The notes: generated by a model from the letters alone, not told the origin. Positions 1-11,217 are shown, numbered from the stretch's first letter. The stretch: DNA of 50,976 bases from Rhizobium sp. (GCA_035299345.1 DATGWU010000184.1:1-50976); one strand, 5' to 3'. Numbers and translations are program-made.

Positions 1-23
1 GGCCCTGTTTTCACGTGAATCAT
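1..23 (-). CDS. 5' end of a gene running off the window (MIHVKTG...), probably outer-membrane lipoprotein carrier LolA
   Basis: GAGGAG Shine-Dalgarno 6 nt before ATG at 23. The identity is inferred only from usual ftsK-lolA synteny. Confidence 0.5.
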
Positions 24-123
24 TGGGTACTCCTCGATTTATCTCTGCATGGCCGAGAAACGCGGCGCGATGATGGCCATTTCAGCCATCGGCGGATGGC
101 CGCTCCACTCGGTGAGGTTGCCG

Positions 124-2808
124 TCAGCGCTCGATGATGTCGGCTTCGGTCGGTACGAGAATCTCGCGCTTCCCGGCGTGGTTGGCGGGTCCGATGATGC
201 CCTCCTGTTCCATCCGCTCGATCAGCGATGCCGCACGGTTGTAGCCGATTCCAAGTCGTCTCTGGATATAGGAGGTCGAAGCCTTGCCGTCGCGAAGCAC
301 GATCGCCACCGCCTGGTCATAGGGATCGTCGGAATCCGCCAGGTTTGCGGTTCCTGCAGGTCCGGCATCGTCCTCGTCATCTTCGTCGGCCGTGATCGCG
401 TCGAGGTATTGCGGTGCGCCCTGTGTCTTGAGGTAGGCTACGATCTCTTCGACTTCGTTGTCGGACACGAAGGGGCCGTGCACGCGTTGAATCCGACCGC
501 CGCCGGCCATGTAGAGCATGTCGCCCATACCGAGCAGCTGTTCGGCGCCCTGCTCACCGAGAATCGTGCGGCTGTCGATCTTCGAGGTTACCTGGAAAGA
601 GATACGGGTCGGGAAGTTCGCCTTGATCGTACCAGTAATGACGTCGACGGACGGCCGCTGTGTCGCCATGATGACGTGAATACCAGCGGCGCGCGCCATC
701 TGGGCGAGCCGCTGCACCGCCCCTTCGATGTCCTTGCCGGCGACCATCATCAGGTCGGCCATTTCGTCGATGATGACGACGATATAGGGGATCGGCTGGA
801 GGTCGAACTCTTCCGTCTCGTAGATCGCCTCGCCGGTCTGCCGGTCGAAGCCGGTCTGGACGGTTCGCGTCAGAATTTCGCCCTTTGCGAGCGCCTGTTC
901 GACGCGGCTGTTGAAGCCGTCGATATTGCGGACACCAATCTTCGACATCTTCTTGTACCGCTCTTCCATCTCCCGGACGGTCCATTTCAGAGCTACGACC
1001 GCTTTCTTGGGATCGGTGACGACCGGTGACAGCAGGTGCGGAATTCCATCGTAGACGGAAAGCTCGAGCATTTTGGGGTCGATCATAATCAGGCGGCACT
1101 TTTCCGGCGGGAGCCGGTAGAGCAATGACAGGATCATCGTATTGATGGCCACCGACTTACCGGAGCCGGTCGTGCCCGCCACCAGAAGATGCGGCATCTT
1201 GGCAAGGTCCGCGATCACCGGTTCGCCGCCGATGGTCTTGCCAAGGGACATTGCCAGCTTCGCCTTGCTGGCCTCGAAATCGTGACTAGCGATGAGTTCG
1301 CGCAGATAAACCGTTTCGCGGGTCTGGTTCGGAAGTTCGATACCGATTGCATTGCGCCCCGGGACGACGGCGACGCGGGCTGCGATAGCGCTCATGGAGC
1401 GGGCGATATCGTCGGCGAGGCCAATCACGCGTGACGACTTGATGCCCGGAGCAGGTTCGAGCTCGTAAAGGGTGACGACAGGTCCCGGCCGAACGTGGAT
1501 GATTTCACCCCGGATACCAAAATCTTCCAGGACGCCTTCCAGCATGCGGGCGTTCTGTTCCAGGGCGTCCGCCGAGAGCGTCGCGTCGCGACCAATGCTT
1601 TTCGGTTCCGCAAGAAGATGCACGGAAGGAAGCTGAAAGCCTTCAGGACGGATGAAGGAGGTCTGTGCCTCCCTCTCGACCCGTGCGCCGGGTTTCGGAC
1701 GCGCAGGAGGCGCGGCAACACGCGGCGAAGCGCGACCGCTCAAGGATGGCCTGGTGTTGCTTGATGACACCTCGCTCCAGTCGTCATCGTCGCTGTCCGG
1801 CAGAATGTCTGCAGGACGGGCGTCATCGAGATCGAATGGCGGGTCATCATCGAAGTCCTGATCGGAATGATCGCCCATCATCGGAGGTGGTGCGAGAATG
1901 GTTCGTTGCCGTCCGGGACCGGCTTGCGGCACCGTCTCCATCGACGGCTCGCGGCGAGCTGCGGTGCCGACCTTGGTCCGGTGCGGTTCGTTCAGCGGGC
2001 TGAATTCGTCCTCGTTGAAGTCGTAGGGCTGGTCGAACCGATTCCGGTTGTGTTCGGGCGGCTTCAAGCCCAGCAGGCGTCGGATCCGGGCGCGGGCCGT
2101 ATACCAGCTGTGGGCAATCGCACCGAGTGCAAGCCAGCCGCCATCATCCTCGTCCGTCTCGTCTTCGAATGCAGGTTCGATCCGCGTTGCCTTCAGCGGT
2201 TTGACCGGTGCGATGTCCGGTTCATCTTCGTTCGCCTTGCCGACCAGGCCGGCGGCGAAGAGCAGCGACCAGACGGCAGGGCCGGCCAAGACGACGCCGA
2301 CGATGATGGAAGCCGTTCCTGTCGGATAGCTGCCAATAAACAGCCCCGGAAAGCGAAGAATGGCGTCACCGAGAACACCACCAATTCCGTTCGGAATTGG
2401 CCAGGTCAGGGGCGGCGGAAAGCAGCCGATGACGGCTGAGGAGAGAAGCGATCCGATTGCCCAGGCGCCGAGGCGCGCCGGAAAGCGATGTATCGGACGG
2501 CTGGTAATAAGTGCCAGAGACCACGCGAGGACGGGAAGCAGAGCGACGACGCTCGCAAGGCCGAGAAACTGCAGCATGAGGTCCGCGAAGGCGGCACCGC
2601 CGCGGCCGAGTACGTTTGTTGGCTCGTTTGCCGTCGCGTAGGAGAAACTGGGGTCCGAGACGTTCCATGTTGCCAGTGCCGCGACCGCGAACATCAGCAG
2701 CACGAAAAGCGCGAAGCCGGCCAATGTGAGAAGTTGCCGGAGGAGGAACGCCGTCAAGGCGGGACGGTCGCCATGCTCTCCCATCATCAACGAGGTACCT
2801 CTGTTCAT
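124..2808 (-). CDS. ftsK: DNA translocase FtsK
   Basis: N-terminal TM segments, acidic linker, Walker [23 protein letters not shown] and C-terminal gamma domain ([17 protein letters not shown]). Start trimmed to ATG 2808 (MNRGT). Confidence 0.97.
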   Translation of the reverse strand: MNRGTSLMMGEHGDRPALTAFLLRQLLTLAGFALFVLLMFAVAALATWNVSDPSFSYATANEPTNVLGRGGAAFADLMLQFLGLASVVALLPVLAWSLALITSRPIHRFPARLGAWAIGSLLSSAVIGCFPPPLTWPIPNGIGGVLGDAILRFPGLFIGSYPTGTASIIVGVVLAGPAVWSLLFAAGLVGKANEDEPDIAPVKPLKATRIEPAFEDETDEDDGGWLALGAIAHSWYTARARIRRLLGLKPPEHNRNRFDQPYDFNEDEFSPLNEPHRTKVGTAARREPSMETVPQAGPGRQRTILAPPPMMGDHSDQDFDDDPPFDLDDARPADILPDSDDDDWSEVSSSNTRPSLSGRASPRVAAPPARPKPGARVEREAQTSFIRPEGFQLPSVHLLAEPKSIGRDATLSADALEQNARMLEGVLEDFGIRGEIIHVRPGPVVTLYELEPAPGIKSSRVIGLADDIARSMSAIAARVAVVPGRNAIGIELPNQTRETVYLRELIASHDFEASKAKLAMSLGKTIGGEPVIADLAKMPHLLVAGTTGSGKSVAINTMILSLLYRLPPEKCRLIMIDPKMLELSVYDGIPHLLSPVVTDPKKAVVALKWTVREMEERYKKMSKIGVRNIDGFNSRVEQALAKGEILTRTVQTGFDRQTGEAIYETEEFDLQPIPYIVVIIDEMADLMMVAGKDIEGAVQRLAQMARAAGIHVIMATQRPSVDVITGTIKANFPTRISFQVTSKIDSRTILGEQGAEQLLGMGDMLYMAGGGRIQRVHGPFVSDNEVEEIVAYLKTQGAPQYLDAITADEDDEDDAGPAGTANLADSDDPYDQAVAIVLRDGKASTSYIQRRLGIGYNRAASLIERMEQEGIIGPANHAGKREILVPTEADIIER

Positions 2809-2905
2809 GTCGTGCCTGCCCGTTTCGAGATTCGTTCGCGCGTATGACGGCGTTTTGTGGCTTTCCGGCGCTCTCGCCCTTCGCCGCACAGTAATGGAGG
2901 GACGG

Positions 2906-2920
2906 TTAATGGCTCATTAA
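2906..2920. promoter_or_regulatory. CtrA binding site upstream of ftsK
   Basis: TTAA-TGGCTCA-TTAA, a perfect TTAA-N7-TTAA match about 100 bp upstream of the ftsK start. Confidence 0.8.
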
Positions 2921-2959
2921 CCATCCAGCAGCATCCGCGACCGCCGGCAGTGTGTCCGC

Positions 2960-2992
2960 AAAAGAAAGAGCCCAGGCTGGAAGCCTGGGCTC
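2960..2992 (-). terminator. Rho-independent terminator of glnK-amtB
   Basis: GAGCCCAGGC-ttcca-GCCTGGGCTC 10-bp stem followed by TTTCTTTT on the minus strand. Confidence 0.85.
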
Positions 2993-3060
2993 GGAAATTT
3001 CGTAATCACGACCGCGTCGTAAGCAGAACCCACACCGGGCCAGCCGGTGCGGCTCTGATC

Positions 3061-4425
3061 TTAGCTGTGATAGGCGGCTTCTCCGTGCGAGGCGAGGTCG
3101 AGACCTTCGCGTTCCGCTTCGGCCGGCACGCGCAGCCCGACGATGACGTCAGTGAGCTTATAGAGGATTGCAGAACCGATGCCGGTCCAGACGAGCGTGA
3201 TCACGACAGCCTGGATCTGAACCAGCAACTGACCGCCCATGGTCTGTTCTCCCGCATAGCCTACGCCGCCGAGCGACGCGCTGGTGAAGATCCCGGTCGC
3301 AAGCGCGCCGAACATGCCACCCACGCCGTGGACGCCGAAGACGTCGGCGGTATCGTCGTAGCCGAACTTGTTCTTCACGACGGAGACAAAGAAGTAGCAG
3401 AGCGGCGAAACCAGTATGCCCATGATGATCGCGCCCATTGGGCCGACGAGACCGGCCGCCGGAGTGATGGCGACGAGCCCGGCAATCATGCCCGAAGCCG
3501 CACCGAGCATCGAGGACTTGCCGCGGGTGAATGCCTCGACAGCGCTCCAGGAAAGGATGGCGGCTGCGGTCGCGACAAAAGTATTGGCGGTTGCGAGCAT
3601 CGCGCCGCCCGAAGCTTCGAGGTTGGAGCCGGCGTTGAAGCCGAACCAGCCGACCCACAGCATGGCGGCACCGACATAGGTGAGGGTCATGGAGTGGGGG
3701 GCCATCATGTCCTTGCCGTAGCCGACGCGCTTGCCGACCAGCAGGGCACCGATGAGCCCGGCGACGCCCGCATTGATGTGGACGACGGTACCGCCCGCGA
3801 AATCCAGTGCGCCGAGGCCGAAGAGATAGCCGTTCGCGTCCCAGACCATGTGAGCGATGGGGAAGTAGACGAAGGTAACCCAGAGCAGGCAGAACAGGAT
3901 CGAGGCCGAGAACTTGATGCGTTCGGCAAAGGCGCCGATGATCAAAGCGGGCGTGATCGCAGCGAAGGTCATCTGGAACAACATGAAGATGTATTCCGGA
4001 ATGACGACGCCCTGTGAGAAGGTCGCTGCCATACTATCCTTCGTGACACCGGCAAGGAAGATTTTGGCAAAACCGCCGAAGAACGGGCTCGTCGAGCCGC
4101 CGAAGGCAAAAGAATAGCCGTAGAGCACCCAGACGATCATGACCGTAGCGGCGATCACGGTGCATTGCATTAGAACGGAGAGCATGTTCTTGGCGCGGAC
4201 AAGGCCACCGTAGAACAGGCCGAGACCGGGAACCACCATGAAGAGAACGAGGATCGTGGCGAGGAACATGAATGCGGTGTCGCCCTTGTCCGGGACCGGT
4301 GCAGCGGCAGCGGCTTCGGCGACTGCAGGCGCGGCGTCCTGGGCGAAGGCCACGACCGGTGCCAGCAGGGCGGCCGAAGCGGCACCGATCCGGGCGCAAG
4401 TGGAAGAAAACTTAACAAATGACAT
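3061..4425 (-). CDS. amtB: Ammonium transporter AmtB
   Basis: FYGG, FQMTFAAIT, DFAGGTVVH, WFGFNAGS and DDTADVFGVHG motifs; signal peptide; AGGGGAG RBS before ATG 4425. Confidence 0.97.
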   Translation of the reverse strand: MSFVKFSSTCARIGAASAALLAPVVAFAQDAAPAVAEAAAAAPVPDKGDTAFMFLATILVLFMVVPGLGLFYGGLVRAKNMLSVLMQCTVIAATVMIVWVLYGYSFAFGGSTSPFFGGFAKIFLAGVTKDSMAATFSQGVVIPEYIFMLFQMTFAAITPALIIGAFAERIKFSASILFCLLWVTFVYFPIAHMVWDANGYLFGLGALDFAGGTVVHINAGVAGLIGALLVGKRVGYGKDMMAPHSMTLTYVGAAMLWVGWFGFNAGSNLEASGGAMLATANTFVATAAAILSWSAVEAFTRGKSSMLGAASGMIAGLVAITPAAGLVGPMGAIIMGILVSPLCYFFVSVVKNKFGYDDTADVFGVHGVGGMFGALATGIFTSASLGGVGYAGEQTMGGQLLVQIQAVVITLVWTGIGSAILYKLTDVIVGLRVPAEAEREGLDLASHGEAAYHS

Positions 4426-4452
4426 CAGAAAGACTCCCCTAGCGGCCATTCT

Positions 4453-4995
<543 letters not shown>

Positions 4996-4999
4996 GATT

Positions 5000-5902
5000 C
5001 TATTTTTTGCCTTCTTTTCCATCATTTGCACGATTGCGGATCAGCCCCTCTTGCGCCACCGAAGCGATGAGGTGACCAGACCGCGAATAGAGGCTGCCGC
5101 GCGTCATGCCTCTTGCACCCGATGCGCTTGGACTGTCCTGCGTGTAAAGCATCCAGTCTCGGAGATCGCAGGGGCGATGAAACCACATCGCGTGGTCGAG
5201 GCTTGCAACCTGAAGATTGGGGTCGAAAATCGACGTGCCGTGCGCATAGAGGGAAGTATCCAGCAGCGTCATGTCGGAGAGATAGGCAAGGATGGCGGCC
5301 TGATAGCGACGATCGTCCGGAACTTCACCAACGGCCCGGACCCAGATGTGAGCGGTTGGCTCCAGCTTCTCCTTCGAGACGTAGTGGATGAGCGAAACCG
5401 GTCTGATCTCGATCGGACGATTACGTCCCCAATACCGGCGCACGTTCTCCGGCGCATCGGCAAGGAAGATCTCCTTGAACTCTTTTTCACCGATCAATTG
5501 CTCCGGCGGCGGAACTGGTGGCATCGCCACCTGATGATCGAAACCCGGTTCTTCCACCTGGAAGGAAGCCGACATCGAAAAGATTGCCTTGCCGTGCTGG
5601 ACCGCGACGACACGGCGAGTGGTGAAGCTTGCACCGTCACGGATGCGCTCGACCTGGTATATGATCGGCACGGACGGATCTCCGGGACGCATGAAATAGG
5701 CGTGGAGCGAGTGAACGAGACGATCATCCTCGACGCAACGCTGCGCCGCCATCAACGCCTGCGCGATGACCTGGCCTCCGAAGACGCGTTGCCAGCCGTT
5801 CCGGGGGCTGCTTCCGCGAAAGAGGTTCTCCTCCAGCTTCTCGATATCAAGCGTCTTGATAAGACCGTCCATCGCGCTGGGTTCTTCGTTCTGCTGCGGC
5901 AT
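5000..5902 (-). CDS. tesB: Acyl-CoA thioesterase II
   Basis: RVFGGQVIAQAL, HSLHAYF, AYLSD, ASLDHAMWFH and SVAQEGLIR motifs. Confidence 0.95.
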   Translation of the reverse strand: MPQQNEEPSAMDGLIKTLDIEKLEENLFRGSSPRNGWQRVFGGQVIAQALMAAQRCVEDDRLVHSLHAYFMRPGDPSVPIIYQVERIRDGASFTTRRVVAVQHGKAIFSMSASFQVEEPGFDHQVAMPPVPPPEQLIGEKEFKEIFLADAPENVRRYWGRNRPIEIRPVSLIHYVSKEKLEPTAHIWVRAVGEVPDDRRYQAAILAYLSDMTLLDTSLYAHGTSIFDPNLQVASLDHAMWFHRPCDLRDWMLYTQDSPSASGARGMTRGSLYSRSGHLIASVAQEGLIRNRANDGKEGKK

Positions 5903-5987
5903 GTTATGAAGACCTCGCATGTAGGAAGAAGTTCAAGGCTGATCTATATAGGTGCCTTGCCACACACAAGTGCTAATGGAGTGCGTG

Positions 5988-7205
5988 ATGTTGGATATGT
6001 TGGTCGTCGGCGGCGGATATGTCGGGCTTTCGGTGGCGCTGGCGGTCAAGCAGGCCGCGCCGCATCTTGCTGTGGAGGTCGTCGAGGCGGCTCCGGAAGA
6101 TGCCTGGAAGAAGGACCCCCGCGCCTCGGCAATCATTGCGGCGGCCATCCGCATGCTGGAAGTTTTCGGGATCTGGGATCGCATCGAGCCCGAGGCGCAG
6201 CCGATCACCAAAATGATCGTGACCGATTCGAAGACTTCCGACCCGGTCCGGCCGGTCTTCCTCACCTTTGACGGTGTTGTCGAGGATGGGCGGCCGTTCG
6301 CATATATGATCCCGAATGTCGCCATGGTGGGGGCGCTGAGGGATGCCTGCGCGAAGGCTGGTGTCACCGTTCGGCATGGGGTACGCGCGACCGGACTTGA
6401 AAATGGCCCTGCCACCGCGGCTCTGACGCTTTCCGACGGAACGGTGCTGTCCGCCAGGCTCGTCATCGCTTGCGACGGTGTGCGTTCCAAGCTCCGGGAC
6501 ATGGCCGGGATCAAGACTGTTACCTGGGACTACGGCCAGTCTGGTATCGTGACGACCGTAGAGCATGAGCGCCCGCATGATGGCTGTGCTGAAGAGCACT
6601 TCCTTCCAGCCGGCCCCTTCGCCATCCTGCCGCTAAAAGGCAATCGCTCGTCCCTCGTGTGGACGGAGCGCACGGAAGAGGCCGACCGGCTTGTTTCTGC
6701 CGACGATCTCGTGTTCGAGGAAGAACTGGAACGTCGCTTCGGTTACAAGCTGGGCTCTATACGGGCGGTAGGCGACCGACGTGCCTTCCCGCTCGGACTG
6801 ACATTGGCACGTGCCTTCGTAGCGCCGCGCCTTGCACTGGCAGGCGATGCCGCTCACGGCATTCATCCGATCTCCGGCCAAGGTCTGAATCTCGGCTTCA
6901 AGGACGTGGCAGCACTTGCTGAGACGGTGGTCGATGCAGATCGCATCGGTCTGGACATTGGTGATCTCAATGTCCTGGAACGGTACCAGCAGTGGCGCCG
7001 CTTCGACACCTTCCGCATGGGCGTGACGACCGACGTCCTGAACCGTCTGTTCTCGAACGATCTGTCGCCGATCCGGGCCGTGCGCGATTTCGGCCTTGGC
7101 CTCGTGGATCGGTTACCGGGACTGAAATCCTACTTCATCCATGAGGCGGCAGGAACCGGAGGAGGCGCTGAGCGGCCGCGACTTCTCGCGGGTCAGCCGT
7201 TGTGA
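5988..7205 (+). CDS. ubiH: FAD-dependent ubiquinone biosynthesis hydroxylase (UbiH/UbiL family)
   Basis: GGGYVG Rossmann motif, ACDG, GDAAHGIHPISGQGLNLGFKD; GGAG RBS before ATG 5988. The exact paralog is uncertain. Confidence 0.88.
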   Translation: MLDMLVVGGGYVGLSVALAVKQAAPHLAVEVVEAAPEDAWKKDPRASAIIAAAIRMLEVFGIWDRIEPEAQPITKMIVTDSKTSDPVRPVFLTFDGVVEDGRPFAYMIPNVAMVGALRDACAKAGVTVRHGVRATGLENGPATAALTLSDGTVLSARLVIACDGVRSKLRDMAGIKTVTWDYGQSGIVTTVEHERPHDGCAEEHFLPAGPFAILPLKGNRSSLVWTERTEEADRLVSADDLVFEEELERRFGYKLGSIRAVGDRRAFPLGLTLARAFVAPRLALAGDAAHGIHPISGQGLNLGFKDVAALAETVVDADRIGLDIGDLNVLERYQQWRRFDTFRMGVTTDVLNRLFSNDLSPIRAVRDFGLGLVDRLPGLKSYFIHEAAGTGGGAERPRLLAGQPL

Positions 7206-7217
7206 TCGGCAGCGCCG

Positions 7218-7406
7218 TCAGTCCTCTAGGCTTCGTGCTTCCGATACGAGCATGATCGCGACACCGTCCCGTATGGGGTAGGCAAGCTTTGCCTTTTCCG
7301 AAACCAACTCGTTTTTCTGCCGGTCATAGGTAAGGCGGCCCTGGGTCAGTGGGCAGACGAGAAGCTCCAGAAGCTTCGGATCGACCGTGCTCGTTCGGCT
7401 GTCCAT
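7218..7406 (-). CDS. Trm112/YcaR family small protein
   Basis: [13 protein letters not shown]...[16 protein letters not shown] signature, 62 aa. Confidence 0.9.
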   Translation of the reverse strand: MDSRTSTVDPKLLELLVCPLTQGRLTYDRQKNELVSEKAKLAYPIRDGVAIMLVSEARSLED

Positions 7407-7416
7407 GCCGGCCGTC

Positions 7417-8094
7417 CTATTGGAGAATCGTGTCGGGGTCACCGAACTCGCGTGCGAGAGCGATCTCGGTGATCGCAATCAGCGTTTCGGCGCGGCTTCG
7501 CATGTCGGGAGCCTCGAGGAGCGCTTGCTTCTCGGCCGGACCGAAGGGCGACATCATCGACAGGGACGTCACGAGCGTCGTGTTGCTCGCGCGCTCGACA
7601 CTTTCCCAGTCCGCTTCCAGCTTGTTCGCTTCAAGATAGGCGCGGAACGCGGCAAGAAGTGCATTGCGATCGATCGTTGCCTCTTCGTCCGCGTCGGAAA
7701 GATCGGCAAAAAAGGGCGCGATCCGAAAACTGCGGTAGGGACGATGACTTGCGACCTCCTCCATCAGCCGAAAGCGGCAGACGCCGCTGAGTGACGCGAT
7801 ATAGCGCCCATCACCCGTCTCGCCGAAAGACGTGATCCGACCGATACAGCCGACCTGGCAGAGAGCCGGTCCCGACGCAGGTTCGCCCGCGGATGTCCCC
7901 TGGAACGCCGGCTGAACGATGCCGATCAACCGATTCCCGGCAAGCGCCGCATCGAACATCTCCAGATAACGTGGTTCGAAGATATTGAGTGGCAACTGTC
8001 CGCCCGGCAGTAACAAAACGCCACTCAGGGGAAAGACCGACAGGATCTCCGGCAGGTCTCTTTCAGTCAGATATCTCGCGTTGCCGACTTTCAT
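7417..8094 (-). CDS. LON peptidase substrate-binding domain protein (no ATPase or protease domain)
   Basis: [34 protein letters not shown] and EKQALLEA motifs. Confidence 0.9.
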   Translation of the reverse strand: MKVGNARYLTERDLPEILSVFPLSGVLLLPGGQLPLNIFEPRYLEMFDAALAGNRLIGIVQPAFQGTSAGEPASGPALCQVGCIGRITSFGETGDGRYIASLSGVCRFRLMEEVASHRPYRSFRIAPFFADLSDADEEATIDRNALLAAFRAYLEANKLEADWESVERASNTTLVTSLSMMSPFGPAEKQALLEAPDMRSRAETLIAITEIALAREFGDPDTILQ

Positions 8095-8138
8095 CTACGC
8101 ACTCCCGGTACGGATGGAGAAACCGCCCGTACCTCTCA

Positions 8139-8168
8139 ATATGTGGTTCGCGCGAAAGCGAACTCAAG
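8139..8168 (-). promoter_or_regulatory. Putative RpoH (sigma32) promoter
   Basis: CTTGAG-N16-CCACATAT upstream of the LON-domain gene. Confidence 0.55.
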
Positions 8169-8185
8169 AGGCGCACAGTCGGCCC

Positions 8186-9142
8186 TCAGGAAAAGAGGAT
8201 CGACGAAAGCTTCCTGCGCGCCATGGCTGTCACCGGATCCTTCGGACCCCATACATCGAAGAACTGCAGGAGTTGTCGACGGGCGCCATCATCGTCGAAA
8301 GCGCGGTCGCGGCGCATGATTATGAGCAGATGTTCCGCCGCTTCCTCGCGCCGGCCCTGCACGTTGAGAATCTTGGCGAGCTTCATGCGCGCCTCGTGAT
8401 TGTCCGGGTCGAGAGCCAGTTCATGCTCGAGAGCCTGCGGATCGCCGAGCTTGCGAGCCTCGTTGATCTGCTCCAGTTTCTTGGCCACCGCCTGCAGTTC
8501 CGGCGCCTTGGAGAGGGTCTCTGGAAGCTTGACAACGAGCTGCGACGCGCGTTCATGCTGACCGGTTCCAAGCATGCATTCCGCGATGCCGGCTATCGCA
8601 CGCACGTTTTCGGGATCGGCTTGCATCACGGCTCCGAAAAGCTGTGCGGCATCTTCGAAGTTTCCTGCAGCGACGAGACCGTCAGCCTCGTCGAGCGCCG
8701 CGGTCAATTCGGCTTCGCCGGCGTTGCCTGCGGGGCCTGCCAGCTTCTCGATGAACTGCCGGACCTGACTCTCGGGAATGGCGCCCATGAACCCGTCTAC
8801 CGGCTGGCCATTGACGAAGGCGACGACAGCCGGGATCGACTGAATGCCGAGCTGCCCGGGAATGGCGGGATGATCGTCAATGTTGAGCTTTACCAGTTTG
8901 ACTCGGCCGTTTGATTCTCCGACCACCTTTTCGATTACCGGCGCGAGCTGACGACACGGTCCGCACCATGGTGCCCAAAAGTCGACAAGAACCGGCTGCT
9001 TGCGTGATTCTTCCAGAACATCCTTCGCAAAGCCTGCAGTCGTCGTGTCCCTGATGTGGTTTCGCGGCGGGGTATCTCCCAAATGAGCATGACCCGTCAT
9101 CTGACCACCAAAACTGCTATAGGGATTGCCGCTGTCGCTCAT
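8186..9142 (-). CDS. cnoX: Thioredoxin-TPR chaperedoxin CnoX/YbbN
   Basis: VDFWAPWCGPC thioredoxin domain, TPR-like helices and C-terminal RRKLSSILFS. Confidence 0.92.
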   Translation of the reverse strand: MSDSGNPYSSFGGQMTGHAHLGDTPPRNHIRDTTTAGFAKDVLEESRKQPVLVDFWAPWCGPCRQLAPVIEKVVGESNGRVKLVKLNIDDHPAIPGQLGIQSIPAVVAFVNGQPVDGFMGAIPESQVRQFIEKLAGPAGNAGEAELTAALDEADGLVAAGNFEDAAQLFGAVMQADPENVRAIAGIAECMLGTGQHERASQLVVKLPETLSKAPELQAVAKKLEQINEARKLGDPQALEHELALDPDNHEARMKLAKILNVQGRREEAAEHLLIIMRRDRAFDDDGARRQLLQFFDVWGPKDPVTAMARRKLSSILFS

Positions 9143-9191
9143 CAGAATACTCCGCCGTTGATGGCCGCCCGGGACCTTCGGTGTGTCGCTA

Positions 9192-9220
9192 AGATCGTAT
9201 GTCAGGCCGTTACTTTCAAG
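9192..9220 (-). promoter_or_regulatory. Putative RpoH promoter for cnoX, overlapping the proX 3' end
   Basis: CTTGAA-N16-ACGATCT. Confidence 0.5.
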
Positions 9221-9708
9221 ACAAGCGGTGTATGCCCGGTCGCTTCAAGAAAGCGCAGCAAGTCGTCTCGAGCCACGGATGTCGTCGCGTCGTTCGACAG
9301 AGGATGGCCGTTGATGATGTCTTCGTTCATGAGATCGGAATCGAGCACGAACGTGACGTTGTGACCGGTATCGTTGATCGCTCCGAAGACGGTCACCGCC
9401 CCCGGAATGACGCCGAGGTATTCCATGAGCTTTTCTGGCCTGCCGAAGGAGACGCGGCCGGACGCGCCGAGGATAGTGTGCACCGTTTTCAGGTCTACGA
9501 CCGCATTCTCCTCGACCGTCAGGAGAAAATACCGGTCCTTCTTGTCCTTGACGAAGAGGTTCTTGGTGTGGCCGCCAGGAATCTCGTCGCGAAGCGCGAC
9601 GGACTCTGCCACCGTGAAAACAGGTGGATGATGTTTGGTCTTGTGAGCGATCTTTAGCTCATCAAGCAACCGGAAGAGGTCGTCGGAGGTTTTTGGGCTA
9701 TTCGTCAT
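9202..9708 (-). CDS. Prolyl-tRNA editing deacylase (YbaK/ProX family, ProXp-ala type)
   Basis: HPPVFTV, KNLFVKDKK, PGAVTVFGAIND and NGHPLSNDATT motifs. Confidence 0.9.
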   Translation of the reverse strand: MTNSPKTSDDLFRLLDELKIAHKTKHHPPVFTVAESVALRDEIPGGHTKNLFVKDKKDRYFLLTVEENAVVDLKTVHTILGASGRVSFGRPEKLMEYLGVIPGAVTVFGAINDTGHNVTFVLDSDLMNEDIINGHPLSNDATTSVARDDLLRFLEATGHTPLVLKVTA

Positions 9709-9967
9709 GGCAGTCTCTCGGGAAAGGGTTCGAGGGGCGGGATTGTCCGGTAGAATGATTGATTGATACGATCGGCGACTTGTGTTGGCAATCACAGATG
9801 TCGTTGCTCAGGCGGGCATTTTCCCTTGTTTCCCAACAAGTTGAAAAAATTCTGGACGATTTCGTCATTTCCCTGTTGCATTTGAAAAACGGTTGGGCCA
9901 TATAGCGCCCGTCGCCGCAACACGGACGACCCACGATCCACCGACTACCCCCGGATCGCGGATATGA

Positions 9968-10042
9968 GCGGGTGTAGCTCAGGGGTAGAGCACAACCTTG
10001 CCAAGGTTGGGGTCGGGCGTTCGAATCGCCTCACCCGCTCCA
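9968..10042 (+). tRNA. tRNA-Gly (GCC)
   Basis: GCGGGTG/CACCCGC acceptor stem, AACCT-T-GCC-A-AGGTT anticodon arm, TTCGAAT T-loop, encoded CCA. Confidence 0.97.
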
Positions 10043-10206
10043 GTTTCTCCAAAAGTTCAAGATAGCGCCCGGATATGTAAAGGCGGAGCAGCGCGCGTCG
10101 CGGCTGGTCATCCCTCGTCTCCGGGTCTTAGGCATTTCGCAAGACACTTGCCGGAGTGCACAGGTGGCGAGCGCTCACCTGCGAGTGCGATCGATCTTGT
10201 CTGGCC

Positions 10207-11217
10207 TCATGCCTTCGAGAAGACGTACTCTGTCTCCTGCCGCAGGACCTCGCCGGGCCGAAGGACGGCGTTCGGGAAGTTCGAGTGATTGACTGCGTCC
10301 GGCCATGTCTGTGTTTCCAGGCAGAAACCGGCGAACGGAGCATACCGGCGACCCTCAAGTCCTGCGACGGGAACGTTGAGCTTCGCGCCTGCATAAAATT
10401 GGACACCGGGCTCGGTCGTCCGCACTTCCATTGCAACACCGGAGGTGATGCTGCGAGCGATCGCTACGGTGCGCTTTCCGACACGCGACGGCGAAAGGCA
10501 GAAGTTGTGGTCGTAGAGGACGCGCTCTCCACCCCACTGGTGGTTCATTGGTGACATTGTCCGGAAGTCGAATGGCGTGCCATCGACCGGCCGGACCTCG
10601 CCGGTCGGGATCAGTCGGTCATCGACCGGCAGGTAGGCGTCGGCTGCGAGCATCAGGTCGTGTCCGAGGGCGTCTTCACCACCGTCGAGGTTGAAATACG
10701 AATGCTGGCAGACGTTGGCGAGCGTCGGACGATCGGTCGACGATGTGTAGACGACGGACAGGACACCGTGCTCCTGAAGGGTATAGGTCGCTGTGATCGA
10801 GCAATTTCCGGGATAGCCGGCACGACCGTCCGGATCCACGATTGCCATTTCGACACGATCAGGAGCCAGGCTGACGATGTCCCAGTTCCGCTTGGCGATA
10901 CCATCACTGCCGCCGTGGAGGTGCCCGACGCCGTTTTCGTTGCGTTCAAGCTGGTATTCTCTGCCATCCAGCGTGAAACGGCCGTTGGCAATACGATTGG
11001 CGCATCGTCCCGGCGTCGCGCCGAAATAAGGGGAATGGAGTGGGTAGTCGTCGAAGGTCTCGAAGCCAAGGACAAGTGGATGGCTATGTCCTTCAAGGCG
11101 TAGGTCCTGGATCACCGCGCCCCAGGTGATCACCTTCATCGTCAGCCCGCCGCCCACGAGGGTCACCCTGTAAACCGGCTCGCCCGCCGCCGTCTGCCCG
11201 AAGAGTTCGCGTTCCAT
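10207..11217 (-). CDS. galM: Aldose 1-epimerase (mutarotase)
   Basis: GRCANRIA, HLHGG, HSYFNL, YDHNF and GFCLETQ motifs. Confidence 0.93.
   Translation of the reverse strand: MERELFGQTAAGEPVYRVTLVGGGLTMKVITWGAVIQDLRLEGHSHPLVLGFETFDDYPLHSPYFGATPGRCANRIANGRFTLDGREYQLERNENGVGHLHGGSDGIAKRNWDIVSLAPDRVEMAIVDPDGRAGYPGNCSITATYTLQEHGVLSVVYTSSTDRPTLANVCQHSYFNLDGGEDALGHDLMLAADAYLPVDDRLIPTGEVRPVDGTPFDFRTMSPMNHQWGGERVLYDHNFCLSPSRVGKRTVAIARSITSGVAMEVRTTEPGVQFYAGAKLNVPVAGLEGRRYAPFAGFCLETQTWPDAVNHSNFPNAVLRPGEVLRQETEYVFSKA

Noticed and set aside
49-1029. 326-aa plus-strand ORF, and similar long antisense ORFs at 2857-4017, 5051-6271, 7985-8914, 11404-12366, 17137-18285 and 38226-39563
   Set aside because: Shadow ORFs opposite well-conserved genes; expected from high-GC codon bias, with no recognisable motifs.
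10043-10206. Region downstream of tRNA-Gly as an island insertion point
   Set aside because: No integrase, direct repeat or compositional shift; galM follows directly.
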